Below, one piece after another: positions 31,797-43,724 of a stretch of 64,000 bases of DNA (its first letter is position 1; every line of letters begins with the position of its first letter). Source of the stretch: Nocardioidaceae bacterium (lineage in GTDB: Bacteria > Actinomycetota > Actinomycetes > Propionibacteriales > Nocardioidaceae); assembly GCA_039915665.1 (NCBI GenBank), contig JBDSMW010000011.1, positions 1,883 to 65,882 of the forward strand, in the 5' to 3' direction. The notes beneath the pieces are model-generated. The model saw nothing but the letters and a program-made list of their open reading frames with translations. It made no database searches and was not told the origin of the DNA. The position numbers and the translations under genes are program-made.

Positions 31797-32387
31797 TCAC
31801 CCGAGACCGAGGTAGCCCACCATCGCCGCGCAGTAGTCGTCGTTGCGGCCCGTCGAGTCCTTGACCGCTCCGACGTACGCCAGGAACTCGTCGTCGTCCG
31901 GGAACGACGGGGTGCCGTTGTCGTCCACCAGGATCTCGTAGCGGACCTGACCCGGGTTGCGGGCCAGGGCCTTGCCGTTCGGGCCGTAGAGCGTGGACGG
32001 TCCGGTGGCGAGCACGATGATGCTCAGCGTGCCGTCGCCGTTGTCGGTCACCTTGAGGTCCTTGGACAGCACCGACTCCTTGACCCGGAACGACACGTTG
32101 CTGCCGACGACGCTGATCGTCTGGTCGAGGTCGTCGTGCTCCGCGAAGTGGACGAGGTGTCCCGATCCCTGCTTCTTGACCAGGAAGACCCCTCGGAAGG
32201 TGCCGGTGAGGTGCACCGTCAGCCCGGGCACGTCGCAGAAGTCCGGCACGACGTCGTCGATGGTGTCGACGAAGCTGCCGCGGTCGGGAGGCGATGCCGT
32301 CGCGGGCGCCGCGACGGTGACCAGGGGGACGGTGAGCGCGGCGCAGGCGGCTCCGACGAGTCGACGGCGTACGGAGGAGGTAGGCAT
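31797..32387 (-). CDS. Hypothetical secreted protein
   Basis: The start at MPTSSVRRRLVGAACAALTVPLVTVAAPATA (signal peptide) is preferred over 32531. The mature part is acidic and beta-rich, and no family is recognised. Confidence 0.6.
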   Translation of the reverse strand: MPTSSVRRRLVGAACAALTVPLVTVAAPATASPPDRGSFVDTIDDVVPDFCDVPGLTVHLTGTFRGVFLVKKQGSGHLVHFAEHDDLDQTISVVGSNVSFRVKESVLSKDLKVTDNGDGTLSIIVLATGPSTLYGPNGKALARNPGQVRYEILVDDNGTPSFPDDDEFLAYVGAVKDSTGRNDDYCAAMVGYLGLG

Positions 32388-32620
32388 GAGGTCCCGATTC
32401 TCGATCGGACCGGGTGCGAGGGGCCGGGTGCCCGACGGTCTCAGGACCCGATGCTGGTGCCGGTGGCGACGGGACGTCCATAGCGAGGACGGGCGGGTGG
32501 GGCGTGGATCCGGGCCATGGCGGCTGGTCACCCGGCGCGCCGGCGGCGTGTCTCAGAACCGGCCCCGCCGTTGCTCCCGGCCGGCTGAGGGCTGCTACGG
32601 TGACGCTCGATTCGACATCC

Positions 32621-32664
32621 TTTAACGAGCCGTCCCGTGAGGCGGAGAAGGAGGTTCGGCCGCC
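32621..32664 (+). promoter_or_regulatory. PyrR-binding-loop-like hairpin in the pyrR leader, overlapping an alternative hairpin that encloses the RBS
   Basis: UUUAACGAG-CCGUC-CCGUGA-GGCGG resembles the PyrR recognition element (UCCAGAGAGG-type loop). GGCGG (32641-45) can alternatively pair with CCGCC (32660-64), enclosing GAAGGAGG. Confidence 0.55.
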
Positions 32665-32665
32665 T

Positions 32666-33250
32666 GTGCCTGCCCCAGCCGCCGCCGCAGACCCCGCAGA
32701 CACCGACCGGGTCGTGATGGACCCGCGTGACGTCTCCCGGGCCCTCACCCGCATCGCCCACGAGATCCTCGAGCGCAACAAGGGCGCCACCGACCTGGTC
32801 CTGTTGGGCATCCCGTCGCGTGGCGTCCCGCTCGCCCAGCGCATCGCCGCCAAGATCGCGGCCGTCGAGGGCAACGCGGTCCCCGTCGGCTCGCTCGACG
32901 TGACGATGTACCGCGACGACCTCCGGATGCGCCCGGCGCGCACCCTGCTGCCCACCGAGATCCCCCACGGCGGCCTCGACGACAAGACCGTCGTGCTGGT
33001 CGACGACGTGCTGTTCTCCGGCCGGACCATCCGCGCCGCGCTCGACGCGATGGCCGACGTCGGCCGACCGCGCGCCGTACGCCTCGCGGTGCTGGTCGAC
33101 CGCGGGCACCGCGAGCTGCCGATCCGCGCGGACTTCGTCGGCAAGAACCTGCCCACGTCCCTCGTCGAGTCCGTGCGGGTGCACCTCGCGGAGTTCGACG
33201 GCGAGGACGCGGTCACGATCTCCGGTACGCCGGGGGAGGGAACGCGATGA
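32666..33250 (+). CDS. pyrR: Bifunctional pyrimidine operon regulator / uracil phosphoribosyltransferase PyrR
   Basis: [17 protein letters not shown] and the PRPP motif [20 protein letters not shown]. The GTG at 32666 lies 11 nt after GAAGGAGG. The ORF-track start at 32414 is too far upstream. Confidence 0.9.
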   Translation: MPAPAAAADPADTDRVVMDPRDVSRALTRIAHEILERNKGATDLVLLGIPSRGVPLAQRIAAKIAAVEGNAVPVGSLDVTMYRDDLRMRPARTLLPTEIPHGGLDDKTVVLVDDVLFSGRTIRAALDAMADVGRPRAVRLAVLVDRGHRELPIRADFVGKNLPTSLVESVRVHLAEFDGEDAVTISGTPGEGTR

Positions 33251-34188
33251 AGCGACACCTGTTGAGCGCGGCCGACCTGACCCGCGCGGACGCCGAGCTG
33301 GTCCTGGAGACCGCCGGGGAGATGCTGTCGCTGGCGGACCGCCCCATCAAGAAGCTGCCCGCCCTGCGCGGTCGCACGGTGGTGAACCTGTTCTTCGAGG
33401 ACAGCACCCGGACCCGCATCTCGTTCGAGGCGGCGGCCAAGCGGCTCTCGGCCGACGTCATCAACTTCTCCGCCAAGGGGTCCTCGCTGTCCAAGGGCGA
33501 GAGCCTCAAGGACACCTCGTTGACCCTGGAGGCGATGGGCGCGGACGCCGTCGTCGTGCGGCACTGGGCGTCCGGGGCCCCGCACCTGCTGGCCAACGCC
33601 GGCTGGTCGAGGTCGAGCGTGGTCAACGCCGGCGACGGCACCCACGAGCACCCGACCCAGGCGCTGCTCGACGCGTTCACCATGTGGAAGCACCTCGGGG
33701 ACCTCGACGGTCGTCGGGTCGCCATCGTCGGCGACGTGCTGCACAGCCGGGTGGCCCGCTCCAACGCGCTGCTGCTCAAGACGCTCGGTGCCGAGGTCAC
33801 CCTGGTCGCGCCGCCGACCCTGCTGCCGGTGGGCGTGGAGGGCTGGGACGCCGAGACGTCCTACGACCTCGACTCGGTCCTGCCCAAGACCGACGTGGTG
33901 ATGATGCTGCGGGTCCAGCGGGAGCGGATGAAGGACGCGTTCTTCCCGACCGTGCGGGAGTACAGCCGCCGCTACGGCCTCGACGGCCGACGGATGGACA
34001 CCCTGCAGGACCACACGATCGTGATGCACCCCGGCCCGATGATCCGCGGCATGGAGATCACCGCCGACGTCGCCGACTCGAAACGGTCGGTCATCGTCGA
34101 GCAGGTCACCAACGGCGTCGCCGTCCGGATGGCCGTCCTGTACCTGTTGCTCGGCGGCAGCGAGCCTGCCATCGGAGGAGACGCGTGA
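33247..34188 (+). CDS. pyrB: Aspartate carbamoyltransferase catalytic subunit
   Basis: [13 protein letters not shown] and [14 protein letters not shown] motifs, with an ATGA overlap with pyrR. Confidence 0.95.
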   Translation: MKRHLLSAADLTRADAELVLETAGEMLSLADRPIKKLPALRGRTVVNLFFEDSTRTRISFEAAAKRLSADVINFSAKGSSLSKGESLKDTSLTLEAMGADAVVVRHWASGAPHLLANAGWSRSSVVNAGDGTHEHPTQALLDAFTMWKHLGDLDGRRVAIVGDVLHSRVARSNALLLKTLGAEVTLVAPPTLLPVGVEGWDAETSYDLDSVLPKTDVVMMLRVQRERMKDAFFPTVREYSRRYGLDGRRMDTLQDHTIVMHPGPMIRGMEITADVADSKRSVIVEQVTNGVAVRMAVLYLLLGGSEPAIGGDA

Positions 34189-35480
34189 GCACCTACCTGA
34201 TCAAGAACGCCCGGATCCTCGGCGGCGAGCCCACCGACCTGCGGCTGCGGGACGGGGTGATCGCGGAGATCGGGATGGACCTGGTCTCGACAAGCTCGAC
34301 CAACGAGATGGTCGTGGACGCCGAGGGTCTCGTCGCGCTCCCGGGTCTCGTCGACCTGCACACGCACCTGCGCGAGCCGGGCCGGGAGGACGCCGAGACC
34401 GTGGAGACGGGCACCCAGGCCGCCGCGCTCGGCGGCTTCACCGCCGTGCACGCGATGGCCAACACCGACCCGGTCGCCGACACCGCCGGCGTCGTGGAGC
34501 AGGTCTGGCGGCTGGGCCGCGAGGCCGGGCACTGCGACGTGTTCCCGGTCGGCGCCGTCACGGTCGGGCTCGGTGGCGAGCGGCTGGCCGAGCTGGGCGC
34601 GATGGCCGACTCGGCCGCCCGCGTCCGGGTGTTCTCCGACGACGGCAAGTGCGTGTCCGACGCGGTGCTGATGCGCCGGGCCCTGGAGTACGTCAAGGCG
34701 TTCGACGGCGTCGTCGCCCAGCACGCCCAGGAGCCGCGTCTGACCGAGGACGCGCAGATGAACGAGGGCGAGCTGTCCGGCCGCCTCGGCCTGCGCGGCT
34801 GGCCGGCCGTCGCCGAGGAGGCGATCATCGCCCGGGACTGCCTGCTCGCGGCACACGTCGGCTCCCGGCTGCACGTCTGCCACGTCAGCACCGCCGGCTC
34901 GGTGGAGATCGTCCGCTGGGCCAAGAGCAAGGGCTGGAACGTCACGGCCGAGGTCTGCCCGCACCACCTCCTGCTGACCGACGCGCTCGCGGCGACCTAC
35001 GACCCGATCTACAAGGTCAACCCGCCGCTGCGCTCCGAGTCCGACGTCGCGGCGCTGCGGGAGGGCCTGGCCGACGGCACCATCGACGCCGTCGCCACCG
35101 ACCACGCGCCGCACCCGCACGAGGACAAGGACTGCGAGTGGCAGGCCGCCGCGTTCGGGATGCTCGGACTCGAGACCGCGCTCTCGATCGTGCAGCAGAC
35201 GATGGTCGACTCCGGGCTGATCGACTGGGCCGGCGTCGCCGAGCGGCTGTCCTTCGCACCTGCGCGGATCGGGCGGCTCCAGGGGCACGGTCGTCCGCTC
35301 GCGGTCGGCGAGCCGGCCAACGTGGTGCTCTACGACCCGGCGTTCAGCCAGGTGGTCGACGGCACCGACCTGGCGTCGCTGTCCCGCAACACGCCGTACG
35401 TCGGACGGGAGCTGCCCGGGCGGGTGGTGGCCACCTTCCTCCGCGGGGTCCCGACGGTGCTGGACGGGAAGCTCGCATGA
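34185..35480 (+). CDS. pyrC: Dihydroorotase
   Basis: GTGA overlap with pyr[22 protein letters not shown] and ATDHAPH motifs. Confidence 0.93.
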   Translation: MSTYLIKNARILGGEPTDLRLRDGVIAEIGMDLVSTSSTNEMVVDAEGLVALPGLVDLHTHLREPGREDAETVETGTQAAALGGFTAVHAMANTDPVADTAGVVEQVWRLGREAGHCDVFPVGAVTVGLGGERLAELGAMADSAARVRVFSDDGKCVSDAVLMRRALEYVKAFDGVVAQHAQEPRLTEDAQMNEGELSGRLGLRGWPAVAEEAIIARDCLLAAHVGSRLHVCHVSTAGSVEIVRWAKSKGWNVTAEVCPHHLLLTDALAATYDPIYKVNPPLRSESDVAALREGLADGTIDAVATDHAPHPHEDKDCEWQAAAFGMLGLETALSIVQQTMVDSGLIDWAGVAERLSFAPARIGRLQGHGRPLAVGEPANVVLYDPAFSQVVDGTDLASLSRNTPYVGRELPGRVVATFLRGVPTVLDGKLA

Positions 35481-36590
35481 CCCGGGACGCACTCCTCGTC
35501 CTGGAGGACGGCCGCACGTTCCGGGGCGAGGCCTTCGGGGCCGAAGGGGAGACGTTCGGCGAGGCGGTCTTCTCCACCGGGATGTCCGGCTACCAGGAGA
35601 CGCTGACCGACCCGTCGTACCACCGGCAGGTCGTCGTGATGACCGCCCCGCACATCGGCAACACCGGCATGAACGACGAGGACCCGGAGTCGACCAAGAT
35701 CTGGGTCAGCGGGTACGTCGTCCGCGACCCGGCGCGTCGAGCGTCGAGCTGGCGGTCGAAGCGGACGCTCGACGACGAGCTGCGCTCGCAAGGCGTCGTG
35801 GGCATCTCCGGGGTCGACACCCGGGCCCTGACCCGGCACCTGCGCGAGCGCGGCGCGATGCGCGTGGGCATCTCCACCACCGAGGCCGACCCCGCCGCCC
35901 TGCTCCAGCGCGTGCTCGCCTCGGCCGAGATGTCCGGGGCCGAGCTGGCCACCGAGGTGTCGACCAAGGAGGCCTACGTCGTCCCGGCCGTCGGGTCCAA
36001 GCGTTTCACCGTCGCGGCGCTCGACCTGGGGATCAAGGCGAACACGCCGCGGATGCTGGCCGAGCGCGGCATCGAGGTGCACGTGCTCCCCGCGACGGCC
36101 ACCCTGGACGACGTACGCACGACCGGGGCCGACGGGGTGTTCTTCTCCAACGGTCCGGGGGACCCGGCGGCCACCGAGGGACAGGTCGAGCTGCTCAGGT
36201 CCGTGCTGGAGCAGGGGATTCCCTACTTCGGCATCTGCTTCGGCAACCAGCTGTTCGGCCGCGCACTGGGGTTCGGCACCTTCAAGCTGAAGTACGGCCA
36301 CCGCGGCATCAACCAGCCCGTCATGGACCGCACGACCGGCAAGGTCGAGGTCACCGCGCACAACCACGGCTTCGCCGTCGACGCCCCGCTCGACGGGGAG
36401 ACCGAGACGCCCTACGGCGTCGCGACCGTGAGCCACGTCTGCCTCAACGACGACGTCGTGGAGGGCCTCGAGCTGCGCCGCGGCGGGACGCTGGTCGCCT
36501 TCTCCGTGCAGTACCACCCCGAGGCGGCGGCCGGTCCGCACGACGCGGCGTACCTGTTCGACCGGTTCAGCGATCTCCTGGAGGCTCACC

Positions 36591-36604
<14 letters not shown>
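35477..36604 (+). CDS. carA: Carbamoyl-phosphate synthase small (glutaminase) subunit
   Basis: ATGA overlap with pyr[24 protein letters not shown] (catalytic Cys) and HNHGFAV. Confidence 0.95.
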
Positions 36605-39901
<3,297 letters not shown>

Positions 39902-39905
<4 letters not shown>

Positions 39906-40927
39906 CGCCGTACCGCACCCTGTTCGATCGCGTCCTCACCCGCGTCGACGCGGAGACCGCGCACCGTCTCGGGTTCCGCGCGCTGCGGCTCGGCGGCCCC
40001 CTCCTGGGTCGCGTCGTGCCCGGCGCGAGCCGTCCGGTGGAGGCGATGGGGATCACGTTCCCCGGGGCACTCGGGCTTGCGGCCGGCTTCGACAAGAACG
40101 CCGAGGGCATCGACGCGCTCGCCGCCCTCGGGTTCGGCTTCGTCGAGGTCGGCACGGTCACCGGCGAGCCGCAGCCGGGCAACCCGAAGCCGAGGCTGTT
40201 CCGGCTGCCGGCCGACCGGGCCGTGGTCAACCGGATGGGTTTCAACAACCACGGTGCCGAGGCCGTCGCCCGCCGGCTGGCGTCCCGGCTCGGGATGCGG
40301 CACCGCGACGTCGTGGTGGGCGTCAACATCGGCAAGACCAAGGCCGTCGCCGACGAGGACGCGGTCGCGGACTACGAGAAGAGCACCCGTCTGCTCGCGC
40401 CGTACGCCGACTACCTCGTGGTCAACGTCAGCTCCCCGAACACGCCGGGTCTGCGCGACCTGCAGTCGACTCTGCGGCTGCGGCCGCTGCTGAGCGCCGT
40501 ACGACGCCAGGCCGACGCCGTGACGCGGAAGCACCTGCCCCTGCTGGTGAAGATCGCGCCCGACCTGTCCGACAAGGACGTGCTCGCCGTGGCCGACCTG
40601 GTGCTCGAGCTCGGCCTCGACGGCGTCGTCGCCACCAACACCACCATCGGCCGCGACGGCCTCCTGTCGAGCCAGACGCAGGTCGAGGCGGCCGGGGCCG
40701 GCGGCCTGTCCGGCGCCCCGGTCCGGGCGCGCGCGCTCGAGGTGCTCCGGCTGCTGCGCGAGCGGGTCGGGCCGGACCTGGTGATCATCGCCGTGGGGGG
40801 CATCGGCGACGCGGCCGACGCCCGCGAGCGGCTGCACGCCGGAGCCACCCTGCTGCAGGCCTACACCGCCTTCGTCTACGAGGGGGCGCTCTGGCCGGCC
40901 CGGGTGCAGCGCGAGCTGGCCCGATGA
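39902..40927 (+). CDS. pyrD: Dihydroorotate dehydrogenase, class 2 (quinone-dependent)
   Basis: GTGA overlap with car[28 protein letters not shown] (catalytic Ser), ATNTT and GGLSGAP motifs. Confidence 0.92.
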
Positions 40928-41787
40928 GCACCACCGCATCCGAGACCGGACCGGTGCAGGTCGTCGGCGAGGTGCTGAGCGTCAAGAAGGCCGGCGCCTA
41001 CCATCACCTGACCATGGTCGCGCCCGGCGTCCCCGAACGGTTCCGTCCCGGCACGTTCGTCACCGTCGCGGTCGGCGGACCCTTGTCGGCGACCACGCTG
41101 CGGACGGCGCTGCCCGTGCACCGGGTCCGACCGACCGGTGCCTACGGCGGCACCGTCGAGTGCGTGTTCTCGGTGGCCGACCCGGGCACGGCGTGGCTGG
41201 CCGGGACCGCGGCCGGGACCCCGCTCGACGTCGTCGGCCCCCTGGGCCGCCCGTTCGCGCTGCCCAAGGAGCCGGTGACCGTCGTGCTGGTGGGGGAGGG
41301 CTGCTCGAGTGCGCCGCTGTTCTCGCTGGCCGAGCGGCTGCGCGAGCGGGAGTGTGCCGTGCACATGCTGCTCGGTGCCCCCACCGAGTCCGGCTTGTTC
41401 GGAGCGCTCGAGGCCCGACGAGCCACCCGGGGCGTCACCGTCGCCACCGCGGACGGCTCCGTCGGGATGCGCGGGGGAGTCGTCGACGCCCTGCCCGAGC
41501 TGCTGGCCCGCACCCAGGCCGACGTGGTCTACGCCGCCGGCCCGCACGACGTGCTGCACGGGGTCGCCCGGGCCGCCGAGACCCACGGGGCCTGGAGCCA
41601 GACCGCGGTCGACGTGCCCGACCTCTGCGGGACCGGGCTCTGCTGGGGGTGCGTGCTCCCGGTCGTCGGCGAGGACGGCGGCACCCGGATGGTGCGCGCC
41701 TGCGCCGAGGGGCCGGTGTTCCGCGGCGACCGGGTCCGCTGGGACGACCTCGGGACCATCCCGTCCGACGCGCGAGGCGCGTCATGA
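40924..41787 (+). CDS. PyrK-like ferredoxin-reductase-fold protein (DHODH electron-transfer subunit homologue, divergent)
   Basis: ATGA overlap with pyrD. It has the FNR-like fold order and a C-terminal 4-Cys cluster motif, [10 protein letters not shown]...ACAEGPVF. The flavin/NAD motifs are diverged ([11 protein letters not shown]). Confidence 0.7.
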   Translation: MSTTASETGPVQVVGEVLSVKKAGAYHHLTMVAPGVPERFRPGTFVTVAVGGPLSATTLRTALPVHRVRPTGAYGGTVECVFSVADPGTAWLAGTAAGTPLDVVGPLGRPFALPKEPVTVVLVGEGCSSAPLFSLAERLRERECAVHMLLGAPTESGLFGALEARRATRGVTVATADGSVGMRGGVVDALPELLARTQADVVYAAGPHDVLHGVARAAETHGAWSQTAVDVPDLCGTGLCWGCVLPVVGEDGGTRMVRACAEGPVFRGDRVRWDDLGTIPSDARGAS

Positions 41788-42683
41788 CGGACCTGACCGT
41801 CGAGCTCGCCGGGTTGACCCTGCCCTCACCGCTGATCACCGCCGCCCCCTACGGAGGGCGGGAGCTGGCGACGTACACCGACCTCTCGTTGCTCGGCGCC
41901 GTGGTCACCCGCACGGTCACCCTCGACCCGCAGGCCGGCGCCGCACCGCCCCGGATCGTCGGCACGCCGAGCGGCGTGCTCAGCGCCGCGGGCCACCAGA
42001 ACCCAGGCCTGCAAGGCTTCCTGGCCACCGACCTCCCCTGGTGGGCCCAGCAGGACGTACGCACCGTGGTGTCGATCAGTGCCTCCTCGCTCGCGGAGTA
42101 CGGCGAGCTGGCTCGTCGCGTCGCGACGGCACCCGGGGTCGCGGCCGTCGAGGTGCACCTGGACGTGACCGACGCCTACCAGACCGGCAAGGTCGTGCAC
42201 GTCGTGCGTCGCGACCTGCCCCGCGGGGTGCCGGTGCTGGCCAAGCTGGCGGCCGGCGGCGACGTGGTGGCGCTCGCCTCGGCGGCCGCCGACAACGGCG
42301 CCGACGCGGTCGTGGTGACCCAGGGCTTCCCTGGCCTGGTCCTCGACCCGCGCACGCTGCGGCCGGCCCTCGGATCGGGGGGCGGCCTGCTGAGCGGTCC
42401 GGCGGTCCGGGCCTTGGCGCTGCGCTGCGTCTGGGAGGTGCGGGCCGTCCTACCCGGCCTGCCCGTCGTCGGGGCCGGCGGCGTCTCGACCGGCTTCGAC
42501 GTGCTGGCCCTGCTCGCCGCCGGCGCGACCGCCGTACAGCTCGGCTCCGTGCTGCTGCGCGACCCGTCCGCCGCGACCCGCATCCGGCTGGAGCTGCTCG
42601 ACGAGCTCGACCGACGCGACCTCGACTCCGTAGCGGCCGCCGCGGGACTCGCGCACCACCAACCCGAGGGGAGCAGCCGATGA
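41784..42683 (+). CDS. PyrD class-1B-like TIM-barrel flavoprotein with substituted active site
   Basis: ATGA overlaps on both sides. It aligns by eye to PyrD-1B (GHQNPGL, AKL, GLLSGPAV, GAGGVSTGFDV). The ELNISCPN catalytic segment reads EVHLDVTD. Confidence 0.7.
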   Translation: MTDLTVELAGLTLPSPLITAAPYGGRELATYTDLSLLGAVVTRTVTLDPQAGAAPPRIVGTPSGVLSAAGHQNPGLQGFLATDLPWWAQQDVRTVVSISASSLAEYGELARRVATAPGVAAVEVHLDVTDAYQTGKVVHVVRRDLPRGVPVLAKLAAGGDVVALASAAADNGADAVVVTQGFPGLVLDPRTLRPALGSGGGLLSGPAVRALALRCVWEVRAVLPGLPVVGAGGVSTGFDVLALLAAGATAVQLGSVLLRDPSAATRIRLELLDELDRRDLDSVAAAAGLAHHQPEGSSR

Positions 42684-43519
42684 CCAGCTTCGGCGACCGC
42701 CTGAGCCACGCCATGGACGACCGCGGCCGGTTCTGCGCCGGCATCGACCCGCACCCCTCCCTGCTCGACGACTGGGGCCTCACCGACTCGGTCAACGGGC
42801 TTGAGAAGTTCGCGATGACCGCCGTCGAGGCGTTCGCAGGCGTCGTCGGTGTGATCAAGCCGCAGTCCGCGTTCTTCGAGCGGCACGGCTCGCGCGGCAT
42901 CGCCGTCCTCGAGCAGGTCATCGCCGGCTGCCGCGATCGCGGCTGCCTGGTGCTGCTCGACGTGAAGCGCGGTGACATCGGCACCACCGCACAGGCGTAC
43001 GCCGACGCCTACCTCGACCGGAACTCCCCGCTGTCCGTCGACGCGATCACCGTGTCGCCCTACCTCGGCGTCGGCTCGCTCGACCCGATGATCGACACCG
43101 CGCTGGCCAACGACGCCGGCGTCTTCGTGCTCGCGCTGACCTCCAACCCCGAGGGTCCCCAGGTGCAGCACGCCCTGACCCCCGACGGCCGGTCGGTCGC
43201 CGGCCTGGTTCTCGACGCGGTGGCCACCCGCAACGCCGGGGCCGAGGGTCTCGGCTCCGTCGGGGCGGTCGTCGGCGCGACGGTCGAGCTGCCCTCCGAC
43301 CTCGGCGTGGCCAACCTGGCCGTGAACGGTCCGCTGCTCGTCCCGGGCATCGGCGCCCAGGGCGGCACCCTGGACGACGTGCGCCGGGTGTTCGGCGAGG
43401 CGGCCCGCAACGTGCTGCCCGCCAGCTCGCGCGAGCTGCTCGCCGCCGGCCCCGATAAGCAGATGCTGCACGCGGCGGCGCTGCGCGCCCTCGACCTGTT
43501 CCAGCCGCTCGCCGGCTGA
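42680..43519 (+). CDS. pyrF: Orotidine 5'-phosphate decarboxylase (type 2)
   Basis: FCAGIDPHPSLL, LLDVKRGDIGTT and PGIGAQGG motifs. ATGA overlap with the upstream gene. Confidence 0.92.
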   Translation: MTSFGDRLSHAMDDRGRFCAGIDPHPSLLDDWGLTDSVNGLEKFAMTAVEAFAGVVGVIKPQSAFFERHGSRGIAVLEQVIAGCRDRGCLVLLDVKRGDIGTTAQAYADAYLDRNSPLSVDAITVSPYLGVGSLDPMIDTALANDAGVFVLALTSNPEGPQVQHALTPDGRSVAGLVLDAVATRNAGAEGLGSVGAVVGATVELPSDLGVANLAVNGPLLVPGIGAQGGTLDDVRRVFGEAARNVLPASSRELLAAGPDKQMLHAAALRALDLFQPLAG

Positions 43520-43520
43520 C

Positions 43521-43711
43521 CGCCGCCCCCCGCCCCCTTGTAACGCGGGGTTATGGACGCTGGACCCACGGCATGCCGCTCGCAGACCGTCCACGACGCT
43601 GGCAGACCTGATCCGGCCCGACTTTGCTGGAGGCGTGGACGGTTTGCAAGCGTCGTACGTTAGGTGGAGCGTCCATAACCCCGCGTTACAGCGGGTGCGG
43701 GGTGGGCGGTG
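43521..43711. repeat. Roughly 190 bp structured inverted-repeat element (perfect 22-bp arms plus C-rich/G-rich extensions and nested inner hairpins)
   Basis: GTAACGCGGGGTTATGGACGCT at 43540-43561 is the exact reverse complement of 43668-43689. The outer tracts at 43521-43539 (C-rich) and 43690-43711 (G-rich) are imperfectly complementary. The inner stem pairs ACCGTCCACG (43587-96) with CGTGGACGGT (43634-43). Confidence 0.8.
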
Positions 43712-43724
43712 TAAAACAGTCGGC

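Noticed and set aside
43521-43540. The C-rich tract CGCCGCCCCCCGCCCCC as a possible 6C-type small RNA.
   Set aside because: The 6C RNA has two hairpins with C-rich loops. Here the C-tract pairs with a G-rich tract 170 nt away as part of a long inverted repeat, so it is not a loop.
43540-43689. The inverted repeat as retron msr/msd arms, an integron attC or transposon ends. A 12-codon mini-ORF (MPLADRPRRWQT, ATG at 43572) lies inside it.
   Set aside because: There is no reverse transcriptase, integrase or transposase gene anywhere nearby, and I could not see a target-site duplication. The mini-ORF has no RBS and no conservation evidence. The element is kept only as an unexplained structured repeat.
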